Position numbers and translations under genes: made by a program
The notes under the pieces: generated by a model
Databases searched by the model: none
The model's input: the letters and a program-made list of their open reading frames with translations, nothing else
Told to the model about the DNA's origin: nothing
Part shown: positions 9,311 to 19,224 of the stretch, one piece after another
How positions within the stretch are numbered: the stretch's first letter is position 1
Layout of the letters: the number at the start of each line of letters is the position of its first letter
Source: a bacterium
GTDB taxonomy: Bacteria; Verrucomicrobiota; Verrucomicrobiia; Limisphaerales; UBA11358
Assembly (NCBI GenBank): GCA_021813325.1
Contig: JAKALA010000007.1
Span: 10,515 to 74,514 of the forward strand
Length of the DNA: 64,000 bases
Reading direction: 5' to 3'

Positions 9311-10861
9311 TCAACGGTCTTCCAATCCGGGAGAATTGCGGATCGTGATGTTTTTCACGTCGTCCGCAAAAACCGCCGGCTGAATGCCGTCGGAAACTTG
9401 GGCTTTGAGGTTGTCGATTTCCAGGCCGTCGGCATCCACGAATGCCACTGCGGGGCGAAAATCGTCTTTCTGAAAACTCAGGTTGAGGTTGGCGAGTTCC
9501 AATCCACGAACGTGCCGGGCAAAAATCCCATACGCCGGTAAAGTGCCGAGGCCTTTGGGTTCGGGATAGCCCGTGCCCAGTTCCTTGGGCGTGATCGCGG
9601 CATCATGCTTGGTGCCGCCGCCTTGGCTGATCAGGCGAATGTTATCCAGCCGCACGCCTTCGACGGGTTGTCCCGGCAAACCCATGATCTGAATGCCGCT
9701 CATCTTACTGACACCGTCGGCAATGACATTGGAAATCAAAATATTTCTGACACGGCTCGGCTGGGTTATTTGGGGTGAGCGGTTGCGCTTGCCGGTGGTG
9801 ATGTAAATCGCGTAATCCAGCACATCCGTCATGGTCAAATTATTGATGGCGATATTTTCCAAAATGCCGCCGTCCACCTCCTCCAGCGCCAGTCCGTGAC
9901 AACTGCGGAACGTGCAATTGGCCACGGTGCAATTCCGGAAGCCGCCGCTGGATTCGGTGCCAAATTTAATCCGGCCAAAACCATTGCGGGCCGGCTTCAG
10001 GGTGCCGTCCAACAGTGTGCCTTCTTCAAATCCGGAAACCTGACAGTTCACAATGGTCAGATTTTCGGTGATGCGGGCCTCGCCCAATGCATAGGTGCTT
10101 TTGGGGCAAATACCGTCGTCATGCGGCGAATTGACACGGCAGTTGGAAACAATCGTGTTGCGACAACAATCCAGATCCATCCCATCGCGATCGGTATCGA
10201 TGGTCACGTTATCAATGGTCACGTTGTCGCATCCGGTGACCAAGATGGCGAAATGCCCGCCGTGAAAAATCGTGACATCGCGAATGACCACGCCTTTGCA
10301 CAACTTCAAGGCGATGGATTTATTGCCGATCCGCACCGGCGGATAGGTTTTGGGATTGGGCGTCTGGAAATGTTCGTAACCGCACATTTCATCCAGAATT
10401 TTCGCATCACGCACGAGGCCGCCGCCATTGATCATGCCATGGCCGGAGATGAAAACATTCGTAAGATTTTCGCCCCAGATCAGGCTGTTGTGAAAATAGG
10501 TGTGGCCGCCGTCTTGATAGGCGATGCCGGGGAACGACTCGGTTTCATCATAGGCATTCAAGTTCTGCGGTGCGCCCAACAGCGTGGCCCCGGTGTCAAT
10601 CAACAAATGGATGTTGCTTTGCAAATGGATGGAACCGCTCAAATAAGTGCCCGCCGGAAGCAACACCGTGCCGCCACCGGCGCTGGCCGCCGCGTCAATG
10701 GCCTGATTTATGGCCGGGCCATCGAGATTCTGGCCATCGCCTTTAGCCCCGAAATCGCGAACATTGAAAACGCCATCCTTGGGCGCCGCCAGAACGGCCA
10801 ACGGCCATGAAAGCACCAAAACGACGGCAGCCAGCCGGCGAATTGCAGGGAAAACATGCAT
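9311..10861 (-). CDS. secreted glycoside hydrolase family 28-like (parallel beta-helix) protein
   Basis: Signal peptide (AAVVLVLSWPLAVLAAP). An N-terminal FNVRDFGAKGDGQNLDGPAINQAIDAA...GGTVLLPAGTYLSG segment, beta-helix repeats, and an acidic cluster (SPHDDGICPKS). Confidence 0.75.
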   Translation of the reverse strand: MHVFPAIRRLAAVVLVLSWPLAVLAAPKDGVFNVRDFGAKGDGQNLDGPAINQAIDAAASAGGGTVLLPAGTYLSGSIHLQSNIHLLIDTGATLLGAPQNLNAYDETESFPGIAYQDGGHTYFHNSLIWGENLTNVFISGHGMINGGGLVRDAKILDEMCGYEHFQTPNPKTYPPVRIGNKSIALKLCKGVVIRDVTIFHGGHFAILVTGCDNVTIDNVTIDTDRDGMDLDCCRNTIVSNCRVNSPHDDGICPKSTYALGEARITENLTIVNCQVSGFEEGTLLDGTLKPARNGFGRIKFGTESSGGFRNCTVANCTFRSCHGLALEEVDGGILENIAINNLTMTDVLDYAIYITTGKRNRSPQITQPSRVRNILISNVIADGVSKMSGIQIMGLPGQPVEGVRLDNIRLISQGGGTKHDAAITPKELGTGYPEPKGLGTLPAYGIFARHVRGLELANLNLSFQKDDFRPAVAFVDADGLEIDNLKAQVSDGIQPAVFADDVKNITIRNSPGLEDR

Positions 10862-11025
10862 AATTATTGAAGTGGATCGGTAACGACGGTAATTTGCTGG
10901 CTAGAATTGCAAACTGTCGGCAGCTTGGCGACTGCATTGTTCGGCCAAAACAACTCAAATTCGCGCTTGCTACCAGCCCCGCAAGCCGATATGTTTTGCG
11001 CTCTTTTTTAGAACATATTTGATTT

Positions 11026-11241
11026 ATGCGACGTCCCAAAGGCATTAAGACCAATAAATCCGCAGCCAAGCGGTTTAAAATCACCGCCACTGGTAAAGTG
11101 CTGCGTCCCCGCGCGGGCCGCCGCCATCTGGCCCAATCCAAGAACGCCAAGCGCCTGCGCCGTCTCGGCAAAACAGCGGTGGTGGATGCCACGGACGCTT
11201 ATCGCATCACTCAAAGCATGCCCTTTAGCCATCGCGGTTAA
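11026..11241 (+). CDS. rpmI: 50S ribosomal protein L35
   Basis: KTNKSAAKRFKITATGKV.R..AGRRHL pattern, located directly upstream of rplT. Confidence 0.9.
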   Translation: MRRPKGIKTNKSAAKRFKITATGKVLRPRAGRRHLAQSKNAKRLRRLGKTAVVDATDAYRITQSMPFSHRG

Positions 11242-11274
11242 AATCCCGACCGAACCGAAATCCGTTTAAAATTT

Positions 11275-11658
11275 ATGCGAGTAACCAATTCCCCAGCTTC
11301 CCGTAAACGCCGCGGGAGAATGTTGACAGCCGCCAAGGGCTATCGCCTGAAGCGTTCCAAGCTTTACCGTTACGCCTCTGACGCCGTGGATCATGGCCGG
11401 CAGTATGCCTATCGTGACCGCCGCGCCAAGAAGCGCACGTTTCGTTATCTCTGGCAGGCACGCATCAATGCCGCCGCCCGCACCGCTGGCATCACCTACA
11501 GCCGTTTGATTGAAGGTCTCAAAGCCGCCAAGTGCGAACTGGACCGCAAGATCATTGCCGACATTGCCGCTCAGGATAACGCCGCGTTTGTGGAGTTGGT
11601 CAATGTGGCCAAGAACGCGCTCAAAGCCAAACCTGGCGCGGCTTTGGCAAAGGCCTGA
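11275..11658 (+). CDS. rplT: 50S ribosomal protein L20
   Basis: MRVTNSPASRKRRGRMLTAAKGYR...YAYRDRRAKKRTFRYLWQARINAAAR. Confidence 0.95.
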   Translation: MRVTNSPASRKRRGRMLTAAKGYRLKRSKLYRYASDAVDHGRQYAYRDRRAKKRTFRYLWQARINAAARTAGITYSRLIEGLKAAKCELDRKIIADIAAQDNAAFVELVNVAKNALKAKPGAALAKA

Positions 11659-11683
11659 TTCACAAATCAGATTGATTTAAGCA

Positions 11684-11716
11684 GACAGGCGACCTCATGG
11701 GTCGCCTGTTTTTTTG
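11684..11716 (+). terminator. rho-independent terminator after rplT
   Basis: Stem acaggcgac (11684-11692) pairs with gtcgcctgt (11701-11709). It is followed by a T-run ending at about 11716. Confidence 0.7.
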
Positions 11717-11932
11717 CATTTAACGCGAAAACCAAAGTTGGAATGGGGACCACCCGCGGCTCGCGTGTGGTTTTCGGCGGCCGTCCGAAAACCTCGTTGA
11801 ACCAATATATATCCCCGTTTCGTTCGGTGAAGATCATGGTGAGACGCCGGGTTTGGCGGGCCGCCAAACACCGCCAGCCAGCGGCCGGCGCTCCCCGACT
11901 GCGGAGTTCGGGTTGAAAGAAACTGTTTGCGA

Positions 11933-13456
11933 TTATCCCTGGCTGGGAGCGGGCGGCTGCAAAATTTCAGAGACGAGTTGCAGGATGAATTGCGGACTGA
12001 ACGGTTTCTGCACGATTTTCCGAATGTTTCCCCGTTCCACTGCCGGCGATTCGCTGGTCAAGTTTCCGCCAAAACCGGTGGCCATGACCACCGGGAATCC
12101 CGGCCGGATTGCCGTCACTTTTCGGGCCAGTTCCAATCCATCCATCTCCGGCATGGTGAGATCGGTCAGCATCAAATCAAACCCGGTCGGATTGTTTTGG
12201 AACGCTTCCAAAGCCGCCTTGGATTCGGTGTGCGTGGTCACTTGATAGCCGTTCTTGACCAAAAAACGCGCCAGCACGCGGGCAATGGCCGTTTCGTCGT
12301 CCACGATGAGGATATGGCCGCCGGCGGATTGGGGCGCGGGCTTGGTCGCTTCGGCATCGAATTTAACCGGATCATTTTGCGCGGGAAGAAACACATGAAA
12401 GGCGGTGCCTTGTCCGGCCTGGCTTTCCACCAAGATGGCGCCGTTGCAATTTTTCACGATGCCATGCACCACGGCCAGCCCGAGGCCGGGGCCTTGTCCG
12501 GGAGGTTTGGTGGTGAAAAAAGGTTCGAAGATACGCTGGAGAATTTCCCGAGTCATGCCCTGTCCATTGTCGCGCACCGTCAATCGCGCATACGTTCCGG
12601 GACGCAGATCGGGATTCCGCACACAAAAGGCCGCATCCACCGAGATTTCATCCAACCCGATTTCAATGGATCCCCGATTACCTGCCAATGCATGCTGGGC
12701 GTTGACGCACAAATTCATGATAACTTGGTGGATTTGATTGGGATCCACCAAGACCGGCGGAGCCGGTTTAAAGTGCGCAACCATATCGATGGTGCTGGGC
12801 AACATCGACCGCAACATCTTAAAGGCATCGTTAACGACGGGTTCCAACTTCATGATGCGACAATCATGCTGTTGTTGACGGCTAAATGTCAAAATTTGTT
12901 GAATGAGACCTTTGGCCCGTTGGGTGGCTTTGAGCATTTCCTCGATGTGTTCACGCAGTTCAAGGTGGCCCGGAATTTCATCATGGAGAATCTGGCAATA
13001 CAGCATGATGACCGCCAGGACGTTGTTGAAATCGTGCGCGATGCCGCCCGCCAGCGTGCCAATGGCCTCCATTTTTTGGGATTGGTGGAACTGCGCCTCC
13101 AACCGCCGCCGGGCTTCCTCGGCCTGCTGGCGCTCATGAATTTCCCGATTCAACGACTCATTGACCCGCGTCAATTCGGCCGTGCGGTCACGGACCCGCT
13201 GCTCCAACTGTTCATGGGAGCGCTGCAACGCGGATTCCATCTGCTGCCGGACGGCGATTTCCTGACGCAAAGTGTTGTTGGTGGCGGCAATTTCCCGGTA
13301 TTGGTTGATGGACTGCCAGCCCAGCCAGCCAATGGCCAACAAAAGCAGCAGCACAAACCCGTAAAACCAGGACCGTTCCTGCAATGGCACGGGCGCACTT
13401 CCGTGACCGCGCTGGCCACCAATCCGGAGCGCCGGCCTCTGGCCGGCTTTGGGCAT
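11933..13456 (-). CDS. hybrid sensor histidine kinase / response regulator
   Basis: It has a TM helix, a coiled coil, an H-box (GGIAHDFNNVL), HATPase G-boxes (DNGQGMT, GLGLAVVHGIV), and a C-terminal receiver (ILIVDDE...DLMLTDLTMPEMDG). The ATG at 13456 is preferred over the TTG at 13474. Confidence 0.85.
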   Translation of the reverse strand: MPKAGQRPALRIGGQRGHGSAPVPLQERSWFYGFVLLLLLAIGWLGWQSINQYREIAATNNTLRQEIAVRQQMESALQRSHEQLEQRVRDRTAELTRVNESLNREIHERQQAEEARRRLEAQFHQSQKMEAIGTLAGGIAHDFNNVLAVIMLYCQILHDEIPGHLELREHIEEMLKATQRAKGLIQQILTFSRQQQHDCRIMKLEPVVNDAFKMLRSMLPSTIDMVAHFKPAPPVLVDPNQIHQVIMNLCVNAQHALAGNRGSIEIGLDEISVDAAFCVRNPDLRPGTYARLTVRDNGQGMTREILQRIFEPFFTTKPPGQGPGLGLAVVHGIVKNCNGAILVESQAGQGTAFHVFLPAQNDPVKFDAEATKPAPQSAGGHILIVDDETAIARVLARFLVKNGYQVTTHTESKAALEAFQNNPTGFDLMLTDLTMPEMDGLELARKVTAIRPGFPVVMATGFGGNLTSESPAVERGNIRKIVQKPFSPQFILQLVSEILQPPAPSQG

Positions 13457-13729
13457 AAAACTGTCGGTTGGCAATCCTCCATCGTGTGGTGTTTCTGGAT
13501 GAATAACGCGTAAAGCCGACGGGCACGTCGGCGCTCCAACTGGGGGCGCGGGTCAAGTCGCGCCCACCCCAGGCAAGTTTGGGGAGCCAGTCTTTTGGCT
13601 GTTCTATTTTGCGATTGGTTCCTAACTTGTTTCCGCGAAGCTTATGTTGTTTCCCGGAGTCATTGAACCGCCAAATCAGAGTGTTATGTGCCGCGCCGGA
13701 CAGATGCGCTTCACCCAAGTTGTGCCGGA

Positions 13730-14539
13730 ATGAACGGCATTTTTCAAATAATTCTGGCGGCTTTGTGCTTAACCCTTTGCGGTTGCGAAAGCTTGATCAA
13801 ACCAACGGATGTGGAACGGCGTGCCTCATTCGAACACGCCAAAGCCCAACTGTCCATTGATCCCGAGCTGGCCAAAAAATCCACCTGCGTGGTCATCACC
13901 GGCGATGCCAAGCTCGCGGTGACCCTGTCCACCTCAGATGCGGCCGGGCACAGCCACCTGAGCATCACCAATAGAGACAGTCACGATCGTTTGTTAGGAA
14001 GCTTTGGACTCGCCGTTTGCGTGGAGCCGGATGGATATTTATTGACCGCCGGTCATGTGCCGGAAGAAAAGGTATATGTTCTGGGCTGGTTCGGCGGGAA
14101 ACCGGCCCTGCAAACCGCGCGCGTGGTTTACAAGCTCAACGAACACGCCATCGACCTTGCCGTGCTCAAAGTCGATGCCAGACCAGATTACATTTTAACA
14201 GCGGGCAACGCCCCCACTGTGGGAGACTGTGTGTGTGCCGTGGGGTTTTTCCATCAAGACAATTTCATCACCGGCTCGCTCGATTTAATGGGCGGACAAA
14301 TCATCGGAACCAACGGCATTCCGGGTCACGATGAGTTTGGCCTGATCAACACTGATGTTCCGCTTTGGCGTGGCGACAGCGGCGGACCGTTGTTCTCCTC
14401 TTCCGGCAAACTGCTCGGCATTGCCTCCAAACTGGAATGGAGCCTGCACCTGAACGGCTGGAAAAAATCCCGCGAATTTATGAGCGTGGACAACCACTGG
14501 ATTCAGAATATCATTGTTCAAGACCGAAAACGACCGTAG
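13730..14539 (+). CDS. trypsin-like serine protease, probable lipoprotein
   Basis: Lipobox-like N-terminus (ILAALCLTLCGC). TAGHV (His), DLAVLKV (Asp) and GDSGGPLF (Ser) form a chymotrypsin-fold triad. Confidence 0.7.
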   Translation: MNGIFQIILAALCLTLCGCESLIKPTDVERRASFEHAKAQLSIDPELAKKSTCVVITGDAKLAVTLSTSDAAGHSHLSITNRDSHDRLLGSFGLAVCVEPDGYLLTAGHVPEEKVYVLGWFGGKPALQTARVVYKLNEHAIDLAVLKVDARPDYILTAGNAPTVGDCVCAVGFFHQDNFITGSLDLMGGQIIGTNGIPGHDEFGLINTDVPLWRGDSGGPLFSSSGKLLGIASKLEWSLHLNGWKKSREFMSVDNHWIQNIIVQDRKRP

Positions 14540-14618
14540 CGAAGGGCGCAGTCCCGGTCCACTGGATGGTTTTCTTTGTGTGCTTTGCAATTTTTTTCGA
14601 TAAACTCTGCAAAAATCT

Positions 14619-15623
14619 ATGCCGTTCCTAGACGAAATTGAACCGCTGAAACAAACCGCTTTGACCGAACTCAAGGCCGCTCCCGATCTGGCCACCTTGG
14701 AACAAACCAAAGGGGCCTGGACCGGTCCCAACGGACGCTTTACCGCGCTCATGAAACAAATGGGCACGCTCTCCAAGGAAGAAAAACCCGCCGCCGGCAA
14801 GCTCATCAATGCCGCCAAGTTGGAACTCGAAGCCGCCCTGGCCGCCCGCCGCGAGGAACTGGAGCTTAAGGCCGCTCTGCCTAAGGAACCGACTGATTTC
14901 ACTGCGCCCGGCCGCCGCCGCGCCCTCGGCAAATTACATCCCCTCACGCAGGTCACTGACGACATCGTCCGTGCGTTCCGCAAGATCGGATTCGCCGTCG
15001 CCGACGGACCGGAAATCGAGGATGAATATCATTGCTTCGACGCGCTTAACACACCCGCCGACCATCCAGCACGCGATTCGCAAGATACCTTTTACCTCGA
15101 CACCACCGATAAACGCCTGCTCCGCACGCATACCTCGTCCGTGCAAATCCGCGTGATGGAAAAGCAGGCGCCGCCCGTGCGCATCATTGTGCCGGGCCGC
15201 GTGTATCGCCGCGACAACGCCGACGCCACGCACAATCCCACGTTCCACCAGATTGAAGGACTTTACGTGGACGAACACGTCACCGTGGGCGACCTCAAAG
15301 GCACGGTGAAATTCGTGTTCAAGGAACTCATGGGTGACGATGTCAAAATCCGTTTCCGTCCCCACTACTTCAGCTACACCGAGCCGAGCTACGAAATTGA
15401 TTTCACCAATGCCCTGGTCAAGAAGATGGGCAAGGACTGGCTGGAAATCGCCGGCTGCGGCATGGTGCATCCGCAGGTATTTGAGACCGTCGGCTACGAT
15501 TCCAAGATCTGGACGGGCTGGGCGTTCGGTTTTGGCATCGAACGCATCGCCATGCTCCGCTATGACATCAACGACATCCGCCTCTTCTACGAAAATGACG
15601 CGCGGTTTTTGAGGCAATTTTAA
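14619..15623 (+). CDS. pheS: phenylalanine--tRNA ligase alpha subunit
   Basis: HPLTQV, FDALNTPADHPARDSQDTFY, LLRTHTSSVQIR, GFGIERIAMLRY. Confidence 0.95.
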   Translation: MPFLDEIEPLKQTALTELKAAPDLATLEQTKGAWTGPNGRFTALMKQMGTLSKEEKPAAGKLINAAKLELEAALAARREELELKAALPKEPTDFTAPGRRRALGKLHPLTQVTDDIVRAFRKIGFAVADGPEIEDEYHCFDALNTPADHPARDSQDTFYLDTTDKRLLRTHTSSVQIRVMEKQAPPVRIIVPGRVYRRDNADATHNPTFHQIEGLYVDEHVTVGDLKGTVKFVFKELMGDDVKIRFRPHYFSYTEPSYEIDFTNALVKKMGKDWLEIAGCGMVHPQVFETVGYDSKIWTGWAFGFGIERIAMLRYDINDIRLFYENDARFLRQF

Positions 15624-15629
15624 TCAGAA

Positions 15630-16358
15630 ATGAAACTTGAACCAACGGCGCTGGAGACCCGTGTTGCCAAAACTGTGAGCAGCTATTGGAAAACACGTCA
15701 AAGCCAATCCGTCAAACAAGCGTCTTCCGGTCAACGCGACCAAGGCGCTCGCAGTGCGGTCACTGGTGGCGCGCAGATGGATGGCTTCATAAACCTGATC
15801 ACGGAATTGATTCAGAAGGCAGGAATAAAACAGGAACACATTTTTTATCAAACCGCCTTGGAATTGCCGGGATACTTTCGCCCGACCAAAGAATGGGATT
15901 TACTCGTTGTTCGGGATGGCCAGTTGATTCTCGCGCTGGAAACAAAGTCGCAAGTTGGCCCATCGTTCGGCAACAATTTCAACAACCGAACCGAGGAGGC
16001 AATGGGCAGTGCTCTGGATTTGTGGACGGCATTTCGAGACGGCGCTTTCAATACAAGCATCCGGCCTTGGCTTGGCTATTTTTTCGTGCTGGAAGAGTGC
16101 GATGGTTCGCGGCGGACCGTAAAAGTTAAAGAACCACACTTCAAAGTATTTCCTGAATTCGCCAACGCATCTTACGCCAAGCGTTACGAAATTTTCTGCC
16201 GCAAGCTGGTGCGAGAGCGACATTACAACACCGCAGCATTCCTGACTTCGAAACAAACCGCTGGTCTTGATGGTAAATTCAATGAGCCGGCAGAGGATTT
16301 GGCCTTTTTACAATTTGCGAAGTCACTGACGGCGCATGTCTCGGCTTACTCCGATTAA
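15630..16358 (+). CDS. type II restriction endonuclease, PaeR7I/XhoI-like
   Basis: 242 aa. The segment LPGYFRPTKEWDLLV...ETKSQVGPSFGNNFNNRTEEA matches my recollection of the PaeR7I/XhoI endonuclease family core. Its stop overlaps the start of a DNA methyltransferase by 1 nt. Confidence 0.65.
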   Translation: MKLEPTALETRVAKTVSSYWKTRQSQSVKQASSGQRDQGARSAVTGGAQMDGFINLITELIQKAGIKQEHIFYQTALELPGYFRPTKEWDLLVVRDGQLILALETKSQVGPSFGNNFNNRTEEAMGSALDLWTAFRDGAFNTSIRPWLGYFFVLEECDGSRRTVKVKEPHFKVFPEFANASYAKRYEIFCRKLVRERHYNTAAFLTSKQTAGLDGKFNEPAEDLAFLQFAKSLTAHVSAYSD

Positions 16359-17302
16359 TGCACGGCTATTCTAATAATGGCAAAGCAACGACTCACCGTC
16401 TCTATCAAGGCGATGCTCGCAACTTTTCGTATTTGGCAGATGAATCAGTGCATCTCGTGCTGACCTCTCCGCCTTACTGGAAGCTGAAACGCTACAACCA
16501 AGGCCCAAACCAGTTAGGTCACGTCGAAGATTACGAAGAATTTCTCGATGACTTGAAGCAGGTATGGTCGGAGTGTTATCGCGTGCTCGTGCCGGGCGGG
16601 CGGCTTGTCTGCGTTGTGGGTGATGTTTGTCTGTCGCGAAAAGAAAACGGACGGCACGTTGTCGTCCCGCTGCACGCAGACATCTGCGTGATTTGTCGCC
16701 GCCTTGGCTTCGACAATCTTAACCCAATCATCTGGCATAAGATTTCCAACGCCGTTTTTGAAGCCAACACCAGCAGCAAGTTTTTGGGCAAGCCTTACGA
16801 GCCAAACGCCATTGTCAAAAACGACATCGAATTCATTCTCATGCAACGTAAGCCGGGAGGCTATCGCCAACCATCTGAAGAACAACGGCGATTAAGCATG
16901 ATTCCAAAAAGTGAATTCAACGAATGGTTTCGGCAAATATGGACACTTACCGGCGCTTCGACTCGCGAGCATCCCGCACCATTTCCGCTCGAATTAGCAT
17001 CCCGCTTGGTTCGCATGTTTTCCTTTCAGGGAGACACCGTGCTTGACCCCTTTAGTGGCAGTGGCACCACGATGCTCGCTGCGATGAAATGGGGACGAAA
17101 CAGCCTTGGCATCGAAATTGATTCAGAATATTGCCGTTTGGCAGCGCGAAGAATTTTAGCCGAGAATGAAAATCTATTTTCGACAACTGATTTTGAGTGT
17201 GTTCACCCGCCTGCGCCAAAGGAAGAATCGCTGGTTTTCCACGAAAAACCAATCGCCTACCGAATAGGCAAACAGCGAAAGAAGAATTTAAATTCGCCAT
17301 GA
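16358..17302 (+). CDS. DNA methyltransferase (N4-C/N6-A, beta-class motif order)
   Basis: Motif IV (LTSPPYW) is near the N-terminus and motif I (LDPFSGSGTT) is near the C-terminus. TAATG overlap with the preceding endonuclease gene. Confidence 0.85.
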   Translation: MHGYSNNGKATTHRLYQGDARNFSYLADESVHLVLTSPPYWKLKRYNQGPNQLGHVEDYEEFLDDLKQVWSECYRVLVPGGRLVCVVGDVCLSRKENGRHVVVPLHADICVICRRLGFDNLNPIIWHKISNAVFEANTSSKFLGKPYEPNAIVKNDIEFILMQRKPGGYRQPSEEQRRLSMIPKSEFNEWFRQIWTLTGASTREHPAPFPLELASRLVRMFSFQGDTVLDPFSGSGTTMLAAMKWGRNSLGIEIDSEYCRLAARRILAENENLFSTTDFECVHPPAPKEESLVFHEKPIAYRIGKQRKKNLNSP

Positions 17303-17391
17303 GAATCCTTTCCAACCGGCTCAAACACCACGCTGATTCCAACTGGTCGCCCTAGGAATTGACCAAGGGCACCTTCTGAAAAGCAGATTTT

Positions 17392-19206
17392 GTGAAGAAA
17401 TTTTTTATCATCGCCCTGCTTTCGATGCTGGCGGTTGTTTCAGCCAAAGCGCTCACGCTGGCTTCGCACGGCCAGCCGCGGGTCATCATTCTCCAGCCAA
17501 CCAACGCCGCGCCCGCCGAGCAGTTCGCCGCCGGCGAACTCACAAATTATTTGCGGCAAATCACCGGCGCAACGTTTCCAATTTTCAGTTCGCCGGAAAC
17601 CAATCGCTCCGGCGGCATCGTCATCGTCGGGCCTGGTGAATGGGCGGCGCGTTATTTTCCAGAAGTCACGTTGAGCAATCTTGGTCCGGAAGAATTTGTC
17701 ATGCGCACCAAGGGTAATTATCTGCTGCTCGCGGGTGGTCGCCCGCGCGGCACGCTTTACGCCATCGAGCATTTTCTCCAGGAACAATGCGGCGTGCGCT
17801 GGTGGACGCCCTGGGCCACGAATGTTCCCCGCCATGCCTCCCTTAAAACTTCCGATTTGCAGGTTCACGAAACGCCGGCCTTCGAATACCGCGAACCGTT
17901 TTGGACGCCCGCGTTTGATCCCTTGTGGAAAGTGCGCAACGGCGCAAACGGCGAACACAGTCCCATTCCCGCCGATATGGGTGGCTGCATCAAATACAAA
18001 GGTTTTGCGCACACGTTTTACCAGTTGGTGCCGCCGGACAAGTATTTTGCCGCCCATCCAGAGTGGTTCAGCCTCATCAACGGCAAGCGCACACACGACC
18101 ACGCTCAACTTTGCCTCTCGAATCCCGAGCTGCGCGATTTCGTCGTCAGCCGCGTCAAGGACTGGTTACGCGAATCGCCGGATTGCCAGATTGTTTCGCT
18201 CACCCAAAACGACTGTTTTGGCGCGTGCCAGTGCCCGGCTTGCAAAGCAATTGACGATGCGGAAGGAACTCCCGCCGGCAGCATGATCGCATTCGTCAAT
18301 TACGTCGCCGAAAAAATCGCGCCGGAATTTCCCAACGTGGCGGTGGACACATTCGCCTACCAATACACGCGGCATCCGCCCAAAACGTTGCACCCGCGCC
18401 CGAATGTCATCGTGCGTCTCTGTTCCATCGAATGCAATTTCCGGGCGCCGCTGGATGACCCATCGAACGCCGCGTTCCTGACCGATTTGCAGGGCTGGTC
18501 CAAAATTTGTCAGCGGCTTTACGTCTGGGATTACGTCACAGATTTTGCGAATTACCTTTTACCGCATCCCAATTGGTTTGTGCTCGGCCCAAATCTTCGG
18601 CTGTTGGAGAAATACCACGTCAAAGGCGTTTTTGAAGAGGGCGCCTATGGCGGACCGGGGGCGGAAATGGCGGAGCTGCGCTCCTGGGTGCTGGCGCAAC
18701 TGCTCTGGAATCCACATCAGGATGACCACGCGCTCATTCAGGAATTTCTCGAAGGTTATTACGGCCAGGCCGCCGCCAGGCCAATCCGGCGCTATCTTGA
18801 TTTAATGCAGGACGCGTCGAAAGGATTTTATCTGGCTTGCTACACGCGCCCGAACGCGCCATTCCGGTCCTTCAAAGTCCTGGCGCAAGCCGAACGGCTA
18901 TGGCAGCAGGCGGAAAAAGCCGCCGTCCATGATCCGGAGAAGCTCGCCCGGGTGCGCCTAGCCCATCTGCCGGTGCGCCTGGCCTTTTTGCGGGATTGGA
19001 AAAAGCTCCGCAGCGAATGTCAGCAACAAAACGCAAAATGGCCACTGTCAGCGTCCCGCAAGGCGGTCGCGGATGAGTTTGGTAAAGTTTGCGCAGGAAT
19101 TCCCGGCAAGGATTGGACGCAGGTGCATTCGCTCAACGAAGGCGGCCTCACCGTGGAAAATTTTCTGCAACCGTTCGCCCAGGACGCCGACATCGATGCT
19201 AAATAA
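17392..19206 (+). CDS. secreted DUF4838-family protein (GH20/GH67-like fold family)
   Basis: Signal peptide, AAGELTNYLRQITGA, RGTLYAIEHFLQEQCGVRWW, and a Cys cluster (NDCFGACQCPACK), all typical of DUF4838 proteins. Confidence 0.7.
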   Translation: MKKFFIIALLSMLAVVSAKALTLASHGQPRVIILQPTNAAPAEQFAAGELTNYLRQITGATFPIFSSPETNRSGGIVIVGPGEWAARYFPEVTLSNLGPEEFVMRTKGNYLLLAGGRPRGTLYAIEHFLQEQCGVRWWTPWATNVPRHASLKTSDLQVHETPAFEYREPFWTPAFDPLWKVRNGANGEHSPIPADMGGCIKYKGFAHTFYQLVPPDKYFAAHPEWFSLINGKRTHDHAQLCLSNPELRDFVVSRVKDWLRESPDCQIVSLTQNDCFGACQCPACKAIDDAEGTPAGSMIAFVNYVAEKIAPEFPNVAVDTFAYQYTRHPPKTLHPRPNVIVRLCSIECNFRAPLDDPSNAAFLTDLQGWSKICQRLYVWDYVTDFANYLLPHPNWFVLGPNLRLLEKYHVKGVFEEGAYGGPGAEMAELRSWVLAQLLWNPHQDDHALIQEFLEGYYGQAAARPIRRYLDLMQDASKGFYLACYTRPNAPFRSFKVLAQAERLWQQAEKAAVHDPEKLARVRLAHLPVRLAFLRDWKKLRSECQQQNAKWPLSASRKAVADEFGKVCAGIPGKDWTQVHSLNEGGLTVENFLQPFAQDADIDAK

Positions 19207-19224
19207 AACCCATGCTTTCCCGGC

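Noticed and set aside
11717-11932. Small ORFs (11667..11867 minus, 11853..12245 plus) and two short GC hairpins (11769-11793 and 11851-11869) in the convergent rplT / histidine-kinase spacer. These could be a REP-like element or a kinase terminator.
   Set aside because: The ORFs have odd composition and overlap the terminator or the kinase 3' end. The hairpins lack U-tracts, and a repeat family cannot be established from a single window. A genome-wide search for these hairpins would be needed.
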